Assembly (NCBI GenBank): GCA_002269645.1
Contig: NIVC01001684.1
Coordinates: 1 to 29,091, forward strand
DNA from: Macrostomum lignano
Lineage: Eukaryota
Length of the DNA stretch: 29,091 nt
Direction: 5' to 3'
Shown here: positions 9,995 through 19,455 of the stretch, one piece after another
Layout of the letters: the number at the start of each line of letters is the position of its first letter
How positions within the stretch are numbered: position 1 is the first letter of the stretch
Position numbers and translations under genes: made by a program
Notes under the pieces: generated by a model
Seen by the model: the letters and a program-made list of their open reading frames with translations, nothing else
Database searches by the model: none
Told to the model about the DNA's origin: nothing

Positions 9995-10650
9995 ATGGAT
10001 GCTCAAAATTCTCTTTATGATCCGAACGCTCCCACAACACCTAGTGCACCTAGTGCACCCCAATATGAGCAACAAAAACTCTACCCGTCATTACTTGTAA
10101 CTCTCAACAGTTTCGACTAGTGGAGATTCAAAAAATGCGCGATGATCTTGAAAAAAATATTTTCCACAACACAAAGAAAATTAAGCGCTATGACAACCAC
10201 TGTAAATTTTTCGACTACAGCAATATGATTCTAGGATCTGTGTCTGTTCTATCTGGATCTGCTGCAGCTGTCTCAGTGTTGCCAGTCATCACAGCCCCAA
10301 TCGCAATCCCGCTCGGCTCTGTGGGTGCTGCATGTGGACTTATTTCAGCAATTACTGGAGCATTAGCGCGAAACAGGCGAAAAAAACTAAAGCAGCTACA
10401 GGAGAAGCAAGTAAAAGAGAAAGGGGTGCACACTTCAATCATAGGGTACATTTCAAGGGCAATCGAGGATAAGTTCATTTCAGAGGATGAGTTCAAAACC
10501 ATTCAGGATCTTTATGAACAATCAATTCGAATGAACTTGAACATGGTCGGTACTGATGACATGAGTCAGCTGAGAAATGAACTCGAGAAAGTTCTTCAAC
10601 ATTATGTGGAAAGAAGGACAACGAGAAGGACAACGAGAAATGCACAATGA
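9995..10650 (+). CDS. Hydrophobic-hairpin protein, inner copy (frameshift ~10084)
   Basis: ORF 10120-10650 nearly identical to 2610-3251; upstream ATG at 9995 (MDAQNSLYD...). Confidence 0.72.
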
Positions 10651-10653
10651 ACC

Positions 10654-11055
10654 CTATGAAACACAGCCAAGAATAATTTCCTTGTAGGTCTTTCGTGTTT
10701 TGGTCATTGCATACAAAACAGTCATGCACAGCTCACCGCAAATATCACTGCTAAGACCTTGGAGAATAAAGTCTGAGCGATAAATTTTTTTATTATTTTT
10801 TCCCTTCATATAATTTCTTAGCTCTTCTGGTACTGCCGTCCCATAGCTATCGAAGTAATAACACTTGTGCTTGCGATCGGGATCAATCACCCAGCAAACC
10901 CAATGAGATCCTGGCTTATCGGTGGTGTCAAAGTTCATGATGCCGCATTCCTTTCTTAGAGGAAAATCAGGCAGAGTGTCCCTCATAAATATTCCTCTAA
11001 AGTTTGGGATTTCCAGTTCGTTAGCCAAATCTTCAAGAAAGTTATTTGTCGTCAT
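10654..11055 (-). CDS. Adenain/Ulp1-like cysteine (capsid maturation) protease, intact
   Basis: 133 aa; catalytic-type motifs GSHWVC (His), YYFDSYG (Asp) and LQGLSSDICGELC (Gln...Cys). Confidence 0.93.
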   Translation of the reverse strand: MTTNNFLEDLANELEIPNFRGIFMRDTLPDFPLRKECGIMNFDTTDKPGSHWVCWVIDPDRKHKCYYFDSYGTAVPEELRNYMKGKNNKKIYRSDFILQGLSSDICGELCMTVLYAMTKTRKTYKEIILGCVS

Positions 11056-11088
11056 TTTTTATGAGGTTTATTAAACTTTCTCTCAAAC

Positions 11089-14000
11089 CTAAACCCAATA
11101 TCCACCTCCTAAACCTAACCTCCAGTGCCCGAACGGTAGACTGTTATATTGTCATCAAAAATGAATCTCTTGTTATCTGCACCTGACAGTCCAATCTTCT
11201 TTTGCTGAATTGTGTGAATAATATGGTTTTTAGATTGTAGCTTTGAGAACTCATGTGATGTCTTTTTGTTGCAATTCAAGGCGTCTCTGTATTCAGCTTC
11301 ATTAATTTCCTTCCTAACCACACGTTTCGGAATTCCCTTTGATTTTTTATTGGGTCTGACGACTCACATTTTATAAAATAGGACTTTGCTCTCAACCCAA
11401 TGAATTCAGTGATTATGTCACCAGCAATCTCGTCCTTCATTTTCCCAATCACTTTCTTGTTAGTGGCGTCAAACACTTGATCGCCATTCTGTGTCCTGCA
11501 AGATTCATCATACTCAGACAAGTCAAACAAATCTTTTTGCTGCAGCATGTCCTGATAAATGTCTTCTGTTTGAATGTCCATAATAAAACTGTCTGTGTCA
11601 GTGTACAAGAGTTTCATTTTATCCTTGTACTGCTGCTTCATGCCATAGAAGAACTGGTACATCAGACGTTTTGATTCGTCGAGAACAGTGACACCTGTAT
11701 AGATCGGCTTGCGCAGCGTCACCTTGGTTTTGTAAAATATGATCACACCTAAGTAGCTATTAAAGATATGGAGTTCTTTGAATGTTGGCTTTGACATATT
11801 TGCCTGAATAACATCAGGCTCTGATGAGGTAACAAGTTTCAGGTTTGTTCTTTTCCGCTCATTCTCAAGAGTCTTGCCATAGACAGAGTTGTTGGCCAAC
11901 TTAAAGAGGTTCTTGTCAAAGTCGTTGGTTGCTTTGGTCCTAAACTGGGTGTTCTTATCAATGTAGGGTTTCATCCACGCTTCCTCTGTAAATGTAAGAG
12001 CCCTGTGAACTTTGGTGACCCTGCAACCAAGTGAGATAAAATACTGAAGCAGTTTGTAATGGATTTTGTAACGTGTCTTGTTGTTTAGATTCTGTGTTAG
12101 TTTCTCTGTATGTTCTTTTTCTGTTCCTGACAGGTGCCAAGTTCCATTATTATCATTGGGAGTTTCGATTATTTTCGGGCACTTGATGTTCTCTGGGAAG
12201 GGTGGAAAGTCAGAGAAATAGTCGTGAAGCTCTGGTGGAATGTAAACATCAACCTCATAAATGGCAGCCAATGAAAAGTCCCATTTGAATTCTGATGAGG
12301 GTAGCCATCGAAAATCTCTAACTGGAAGATCTTGACTCATCGCCCACCCGTAGAGATTATTAGCGTCCAAGTAAGTAATGTAGTTTGAGGGCTGCTCCTT
12401 ATTGTAAGATTCAATGTAGGGATTGTTTGCTTTTGCATACCTGTTAACAAATTGAGATTCCCCCTCGCTTTGACGATTCGACAAAATTGTACATGTCAAT
12501 GTCTGTAAGAAGTTCAATGTACCAATCTGGATCTTGATCCCATTTCATTTTAAGCAAAGATTCCCAGCTAGTGGCAGGCAGAGACACATAATGTGCTGGA
12601 TCGAGGCCATATGCTGTGTACCAGGTGTATCTGAAGGTTTCAAACACATCGCCAGCAGAAACACATCTGTGAAGAGGTAAAGCAGGTGATACTGGAAGAA
12701 GTTTTGACAATTAAAGTAATTATAGACATGCTTCGCGTGCTCATAGTCTTTGTCAGAGATTCCAGAGTCTGTTAGCTTTGAAAAGAACTTCTCCTGTGGT
12801 GGTAAACCTTCTTCAAATACGTGATACCCAGTAATATTTTCATAGGGGTAGAAGCCTTTGGTTCTCAGGAGTTTAAATGATTCATCACTGTTGTTAATTT
12901 TACTTGCAAACATCTTTGTATATGTACATTGTTCATCTTTTAGATTCTTGCTTAGTTCGTCTAGACTGGCAGCTAGAAATTGATATGAATCCTTCAGTCT
13001 TATTTTACCTGTACCCGAATTATCCTGTTTAATATCAACACACTTAAACTTCTCCTTGTTCTCTGCGATGCAATCAAGGTGTATGTCTGGAATCATGCCG
13101 ATTTTTTCAACTATTAAATGCATGTCATAGTTCTTTGCGTTGTGACAAAATATCGTTAGATCATGAATGTTCGATTTTAGCTTTAGATTACAGGTGTTAT
13201 GCGCTGCACCTCTAAATTTCCCAGTAAAGTGGCAGTGGTCCCTAACGGTGGGGTTTTTAATATTAGTGCAAGTTAAATGTTTCCTGCAGATGTGGCAATG
13301 AGTTGCTGATAGGAAATTGCTTTCATCCTCCTCAGTCATCATTATTGGAACAGGTTGAAGGGTGCTAATCACTTTTTGCAACTCTAACATTCTGGCAATA
13401 AACTGCTCCACACACTGCTCTCCAAAGAAATAATTATACTCAACAAGTCCTTTTGTATTAATAAAGGCATATGCTACTGAATTGGGGATATGTTTTTGAG
13501 TTTGAGTTTGTTTTTGAGTTGGAGTTTGTTTTTGAGTTGGAGTTTGTTTTTGAGTTTCTGGCACGATTGAGCATTCGAAATCAGCATATACAACAAATGG
13601 GAGCTTCTCCATCTTGTGATAGTTCTTAAACCGGAGATACTTCTCTTCAGCTGAAGGAAGAGAGCAGTTTGTCGGGTGATCCTCGCATGATAATTCATGC
13701 TCTGCTAGTTTTTCAAAGCGTTCAGGTCCACTGTAATGCTTAAGGCACAAGCGGCAGATGGCAACAGCCTCGTGATGATTATTCAACTGCTTGTGAATGA
13801 GTCTTGAAAGATCTTTAATCCAAACATAGTGAGCCTCCTCTAGTAAATTACCAATCACTAGAAGATCCACTTCAGTCCGCCTTTTCCCCTCGGATCTAAA
13901 ACGTCTTTGCTACATCTGACCGGTTGAACTTTCTCAGTTTTTTCACTCCACTCAAAGACTGTGATTCTAATTTTGTTATTAAACACTTCTTCTAGCTTTG

Positions 14001-14963
14001 GGATCTGAGAGATCGCCAAGCCTCCTTTGTCAAACCTGATTCCCTTCTTTTCGCATTCAATGAGATAGTAGTTAAATAATTTTGATAATTTGAGGTTCTT
14101 TCGGGGTGGTGAGGGACACTAAAAAGTGCAGAAAGAACTGCCCATAGAGCACAGCAATTGTCTTTATTTTTAACATTTATGCAAGCTTTTTTACCGGCTA
14201 GCTTATGCGGGAGCTCTATATAAGAGGAGGCTTTAAGTGGGTCATATTTCATGACCATGACAGTCGCTCTTTGAATCCCTCCCACGACCCATCCGGAACC
14301 TCTGGATGTAAACGCTTCAATTTTCTTATTGACATCTTGAAGGAAAGGATCCAGTGTGTCTGTTGGGGTGAATGGCTTTGCCTTTGTTGTCATGTAATAC
14401 TCGAGATGCTCAGTGGGTTTTGCAGGCATATAAAACGCAATCTTGAATGATATCTGTAGTTTAAAGGTCTTGCGTGTTTTGAGTGTGTGATCAACAACTG
14501 ATTGGATGCTGTCTTTATAGTCGTAGATGTTTGCGGTGGTACCGTTGGTGCCGTTAATTGGGATTGTGTACTCTATGTAATGTTCTGTAAACTTCGTCTG
14601 TGCAAAATTAATCTCTTCAGTGGCAAGCTCCGACTCTTTTAAATGGATTAATTGCTCTAATTTCTCTTGTTCCTGCTTATTTTGTGGGTACTTTGCTTTT
14701 TCACCAGTGAGAGTTTCATATTTGTTAACTAAGTTGCGACTCCTCTCTTGGTGTTCCTTTGCAGAATTTTTTATAGGCGCATACTGGTTTGATTCTAATT
14801 GATTGATGATTTCCAACTGTTTTTCATAGCTTCCCAGGTGACCAGGGTCGGTGTTGAACTTTTGTTTGCATGCTTCTCTTAGTGAATTACTTTTGTCTTG
14901 AAATGAGACGCCTTTTGAAAAATATTTGTTGACTAAATCTCTTGCTGGATTAGCTTTTGGCAT
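11089..14963 (-). CDS. polB: Protein-primed family B DNA polymerase (~1290 aa), inner copy, several frameshifts
   Basis: Exo I VYADFEC, Exo II CHNAKNYD; pol motifs YLDANNLYGWAM, KLANNSVYGKT, YTDTDS; endonuclease-VII-like Zn motif CHIC...RDHCH...AAHNTCN; pieces in ORFs 13992-15002, 12545-13870, 12444-12710, 11276-12517 and 11115-11321. Confidence 0.96.
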
Positions 14964-15086
14964 TTTTCTCGAAAATATAAAAAAAATTTTGAGGGTGACC
15001 ACCCTGATAGAAAAGTTGAACTGTTTCTACATCCTATAAGTAGTATTAGGTTTATGAAGCTGGATAAAGTGGGGTTTTAAACCTCA

Positions 15087-15533
15087 TCACATCCGCATTA
15101 TTGTAAACCCAGCATTGTGCAGTGTCATGATGGCTTTGACAATGTCAGACTTGCTTATAGAATTTTCATTCTCACAATCATCACGATCGGGGCAGCCCTC
15201 TCCTGCCTTAATTGTTATACCTTTGTCTCTTGCAATCTTTTGCAATTCCAGCTGGTGGGCTCTATCATTCCCAGCTTTAACAGCAGTTGCTACACCTCCA
15301 GCTACACCACCTGCGGCACTTACAGCGCCTGCAATGATCGGAATAAGAGCTGCTAATGGTAGGATTCCTCCTGACTTTTCATCTGTGATGCTGTGTCTTT
15401 GCTCATTACACTGAACTATTTGCTGCACGGGATCGACTTTTACTTTGGCACCTTTAATTGATATAAGACCTGGTTTCTTTGATTCAATGATTTTATTGAG
15501 TTTATTGATGGTTCTGGTTTCAATCTTTGTCAT
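15087..15533 (-). CDS. Putative virion protein with adenovirus pX(mu)-like GG-hydrophobic segment
   Basis: KSGG-ILPLAALIPIIAGAVSAAGGVAGGVATAV resembles the adenovirus pX C-terminal GGILPLLIPLIAAAIGA; intact in both copies. Confidence 0.65.
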   Translation of the reverse strand: MTKIETRTINKLNKIIESKKPGLISIKGAKVKVDPVQQIVQCNEQRHSITDEKSGGILPLAALIPIIAGAVSAAGGVAGGVATAVKAGNDRAHQLELQKIARDKGITIKAGEGCPDRDDCENENSISKSDIVKAIMTLHNAGFTIMRM

Positions 15534-15549
15534 TTTTTATTTTAATATT

Positions 15550-16586
15550 TTAATTAATTTCTGTGTCAGCTGGTATCACTAGGAGTTCAGCTCTAGTGAA
15601 TGACCGCGTGGGGGATTTAGGGTTAAAGGCCTGAGATAAAAAGTAATAGTCACCGGAGTCGGAGGTAAAATGTCTGTCTATTTTATGTACATCAAGGCTG
15701 AAGTATGGATCTGTAGCTCTTCTTTTGGTGTCTTTCTCTAGCTCTCCAGGTAGATATAAAAAGCGTAGAAACTCAGAGTTTGTCAGTATGTATGGTGATT
15801 CAACTCCTGGAAGCTTAGGGTAGTTCGAGGTGTGTTTTGTGTTGTGTGTGTTGTGTGGGGTTGTCGTGTTGTTGTCTGTTCTATGAGATGCCTTAAGTTC
15901 GACAGTGTCTTGTTTAATTGCATGGGATGGTTTCAATCCAGTCATGCGTGTGACTTCATTGTTCAGTTGCTCTATAACAGTGGGGAGTCTTTCTGTCCAC
16001 TTGGTATAGTACTGCCCGCACTCAGTTTGAGTTCTTGCGCTGTCTGCTTAGTGAATAGTCTCTTGGCTAGAATTAGATTGAATCTTTCCACAAAAGCCTG
16101 GTCTCTGTGCAAGTTTGTTCTGCCATAGCGAATCTCTGTGTTTTTCTTTTCCATAAGGGATTTCACTACACCCATGAATTCCTTACCCGGGTCGGTCATA
16201 AAGATTTGGGGGTATGTGAGCGGAGAGTTTTTATAAATATCTTGCAGTGCGCTGGCAACAACCTCTGACTTCTTCGTCTTGAGTGGGCGAGCTTCCTTAT
16301 ATCTGGAAGCAATGTCAATAATTGTAAGAGCATACTTGTAGCCTGAGTCGTTGGGGAGAAACAAAAGATCTGCTTGGTGCGCTTCATTAGGTTTATAAAT
16401 ACTGAAATGGGGCCTTTCAAATTTTACTGGTGGGAAATAGACTTGAAAGACAGCCTGCTTAGAGAGCCATTTTTCTACTGTAGCTTTTGGCTCTTTACTC
16501 AGCTCCATGAGTTTACTAACAGCATTTTTGCCTACAAAGAATCCTTTGTCGCTGTAGTAGAGTTTTTTAAGTTTCTGATCTGTCAT
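15550..16586 (-). CDS. Retroviral-type (rve, DDE) integrase, inner copy, 1-bp frameshift ~16015
   Basis: ORFs 15972-16586 and 15550-15945 together match the intact copy at 23920-24957; QADLL / TDPGKEF / VERFN catalytic motifs. Confidence 0.93.
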
Positions 16587-16616
16587 TTATTTAAAAAGAA
16601 AATTTTAAATAAAATA

Positions 16617-17066
16617 ATGCAGCGCTCTGGTGGTAAAATAGATTCACATGGACTGATAGAAAAGCTTCCTCATCCAAACAAAGGCTGGACACTTCCCGGC
16701 TATAAATATTGCGGGCCTTTGAATCCACTTAAAATACAGTTAGATAAAAACAATAATCCACATCCTGGGCATGAGCCTGTGAACGAGCTAGACTCTGTCT
16801 GCATGTGGCACGACGTTAAGTATAGAGATTTTCCTGAGGAGAAGAATCGCTGGGACAAAGAAATGCTCAGGAGACTCGACAATATAGGGGCTTCAAGCGG
16901 ATTTCGTGAGTCGATTGCTCGGAAATTAGTCAAGGCGGTTATTTTTGGTAAGAAAAAGCTGGGGTTGGGGGTCGGCGGTTGTTTGGGGGCGGGCTTTGTG
17001 TTGCACACGCCAAGTAAAGAATTAGGAAGACTGCTGAAAGAGCTGGGGGTTGAGAGAGCAGAATGA
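16617..17066 (+). CDS. Parvovirus VP1u-like phospholipase A2 protein (PLA2X-type)
   Basis: LPGYKYCGPLN (Ca-binding loop-like) and PVNELDSVCMWHDVKY (HD catalytic dyad); likely start is ATG 16617, since the longer ORF 5' part overlaps the integrase antisense. Confidence 0.88.
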   Translation: MQRSGGKIDSHGLIEKLPHPNKGWTLPGYKYCGPLNPLKIQLDKNNNPHPGHEPVNELDSVCMWHDVKYRDFPEEKNRWDKEMLRRLDNIGASSGFRESIARKLVKAVIFGKKKLGLGVGGCLGAGFVLHTPSKELGRLLKELGVERAE

Positions 17067-17529
17067 TTCAAGCAAGAAAATTCAGCTGGATTAGCGGCTG
17101 TTTGGGAGAAGAGTTAAGTTTTCTGGCCTTCTGGCCTTCGCTTCTCTTCTCTCCACACAAGTGTACAGTCTTGAGCACACTGGTTTCGGTTACAATCTCT
17201 CTTTCCACCATGCCCTTCTCCTTCATACTCCTCACCTCGCGCTATGCTCTGTGTACAGAGAAGTCTCACGCCTCATGCTCTATCGTACACTGAGCTATAT
17301 CGATTGTTTTTCCCTGCTTGACTCCAAGATTGTACAGTCTAGAATTTTCTGGAATTTTCTAGCTGTATAGCTGTATTTAAGCAAATGCAGAAACACTCGG
17401 GTTGATTCTCCCCGCATATGCCATCAACTGCGACTGAGAAACGACGACTGCAGGAACTTAAGCACGCTGAAAGTGATCTAAGAAATAGTCCGCCAAACTA
17501 GAAGATTAGAAGACAAGAAGATTTAGAAA

Positions 17530-18207
17530 ATGGAAGTCGAGTGGAATCTTCATTTGACAGATAAGCAAGGCCTTTGTGCCATGCTACAAAGAGTTTTACA
17601 GGATATTCCGTCACATCTACAAGCAAGAAGAAGAGAGGAACTAACCACCTTTTTCGGTCTAGAAACTGGCGACCTACCAATCGAGTTTTTCGCCATGGCC
17701 CCTGATGATATCGCCGCAGCGAATGAAGCGCAAAATGTGAGTAGCGAAGAGAAGAAGGCGGCGGCTCTGCAGAAGAAGATGGCGGATCTGCAGATATTCA
17801 GGGAGAAGTTGTACGCATCCCGCGTAACACTAGCTGATCAGCTGATGGACGCTGTTGATCACCAGCTTCCATCTGGCGAGCAGAACATCATCACTAGGGT
17901 GAAGGCGGCTCTAGCAAAATACAAGAAGACTCAAATTGGAGGTCTACATTGGATTCTCGAAGTTGGGCGGCTGCTAAAAACTTATCGCACCGAGAACTTT
18001 GGACAAGATGTTAAAGTGCGGTTCGCCCATTTGTGTAAAAATGTAAACATCCAGGAATCAACTGGCTATTTGTACATTCGTCTGTACAAACTGTCTGTTA
18101 CCTACCCAGGCTTAAGACAGGTGTCAATGCCAATTAGGGAACTAAACTCTAAGATGAAGTTTCTAGAAGAAATTTTGGCCAGTGATCCTGCGTGGAAAGT
18201 TGTGTAA
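17530..18207 (+). CDS. Uncharacterised helical protein (225 aa), inner accessory slot
   Basis: Long intact ORF with AAAATG start; C-terminal half distantly similar to the product of 26157-26795. Confidence 0.8.
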   Translation: MEVEWNLHLTDKQGLCAMLQRVLQDIPSHLQARRREELTTFFGLETGDLPIEFFAMAPDDIAAANEAQNVSSEEKKAAALQKKMADLQIFREKLYASRVTLADQLMDAVDHQLPSGEQNIITRVKAALAKYKKTQIGGLHWILEVGRLLKTYRTENFGQDVKVRFAHLCKNVNIQESTGYLYIRLYKLSVTYPGLRQVSMPIRELNSKMKFLEEILASDPAWKVV

Positions 18208-18234
18208 TTTTTTAATTCAGTTCATTTAGAATTT

Positions 18235-18657
18235 TTCTAACGCGTTAGAATTTCAAAGAGAAGATTCAACAACTGGAGACAGCCGATTGGTTAAGTAGAG
18301 GAAGGTAGCAATTTTCTCAGTACTGTGTGCAACTCAGTCGGTGGGTTTTAAATTCTAACGCTGTTAGAAATTTCTATGTGAAAAGTTTCCCGCAAGATAA
18401 GCTTGGGCACACCAAATTTTCACATAGAAAATTCTAACGCGTTAGAGAATCTAGCTGCTGGCTCAAAGGAACGCTAGGTTGGCTCTGTATGGTTAAATAG
18501 AGGGGGTAGAAATTTTCTAACGCCGTTAGAATTTTCTATGTGAAAAGCTTCCCGCAAGATAAACTTGGGCACACCAAATTTTCACATAGAAAATTCTAAC
18601 GCGTTAGAGAATCTAGCTGCTGGCTCAAAGGAACGCTAGGCTGCATGGCTCTGTATG
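18235..18657. repeat. Array of palindromes TTCTAACG(n)GTTAGA within two ~140-bp direct repeats, each a long hairpin
   Basis: Palindrome at ~18235, 18353, 18432, 18516 and 18594; direct repeats 18351-18491 and ~18513-18657. Confidence 0.9.
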
Positions 18658-18805
18658 TTGTTGAAGAATTCTAACTCAGATCCTACATAGTGTCTGTTTT
18701 TTCTACCATTTTTGATACTCTTGTAATAGTTAATACATATCCTATCAGCTGTGCAACCGTTAATAAATATATAATTCTTACTAATGAATAATAAAATTGT
18801 TTATA

Positions 18806-19325
18806 TTTTTTCAATGGGTAAGGACCTTGCGCTGATGATTTAAAGTCTTAGGGATCTGGTTTCACGTTGCGGATTGAATGTGGGGAGAAGAATGCAGATT
18901 ATTTTCTGATTGTTTCGAAGATGCTATGGGTGGATGTCAGTGGATTATGTCAGTGTCAGTGAGCATAACAGGTGTCAGTGGACCCATATTCCCATATTCT
19001 GTCAGTCATAATATGGATGGATTTAATGGGATTAAAGTTTTCGGATCAAGTGCAACCCCTCCCCTTTTTCAAGATTCTGTCGGGGATAATATAGATAGAT
19101 TTAATGGGATTATGGAGGACGTTTTGTGAGCGGGTGCGACCCCCCTTTTTTTCTTATTCTGTCAGGGATAATATGGAAGGATTTAGGTGGATTATGGAAG
19201 ACGTTTTGTTAGCAGGTGCGACCCCCCTTTTTTTCTGATTCTGTCAGGGATAATATGGATGGATTTAGGTGGATTATGGAGGAGGTGAAAAATTTTGTCC
19301 CAGAAGCCCCCTCATGCCTTCTACT
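18806..19325. repeat. Right terminal inverted repeat of the inner element
   Basis: Imperfect inverted match to 3567-4062; ends CTCATGCCTTCTACT. Confidence 0.9.
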
Positions 19326-19331
19326 GAGGAA
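19326..19331. repeat. Target site duplication GAGGAA (right copy) of the inner element
   Basis: Immediately follows the terminal CTACT; identical to 3561-3566. Confidence 0.95.
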
Positions 19332-19422
19332 AATCAGGCAGAGTGTCCCTCATAAATATTCCTCTAAAGTTTGGGATTTCCAGTTCGTTAGCCAAATCTT
19401 CAAGAAAGTTATTTGTCGTCAT
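19326..19422 (-). pseudogene. 5' fragment (first ~32 codons) of the outer protease gene
   Basis: Same 97 nt as 10959-11055 (MTTNNFLEDLANELEIPNFRGIFMRDTLPDFP). Confidence 0.93.
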
Positions 19423-19455
19423 TTTTTATGAGGTTTATTAAACTTTCTCTCAAAC

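Larger units (their letters stand above)
3567..19325. mobile_element. Complete inner Polinton/Maverick (adintovirus-like) element, 15,759 bp
   Basis: Starts AGTAGAAGGCATGAGGGGGC and ends with its reverse complement GCCCCCTCATGCCTTCTACT; 6-bp TSD; encodes pPolB, integrase, protease, ATPase, MCP and mCP. Confidence 0.96.

Noticed and set aside
16374-16616. Long hydrophobic N-terminal extension of the PLA2 ORF (also 24745-24987)
   Set aside because: It lies antisense within the integrase coding region; the ATG at 16617/24988 has the element's typical A-rich context.
17063-17460. Possible extra minus-strand gene between PLA2 and the accessory ORF
   Set aside because: The frames I read contain multiple stops and no recognisable motif.
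18878-19431. Short ORFs within the TIRs (also 3530-3715 and 28022-28535)
   Set aside because: Translations of TIR subrepeats that run across element boundaries; not conserved in frame.
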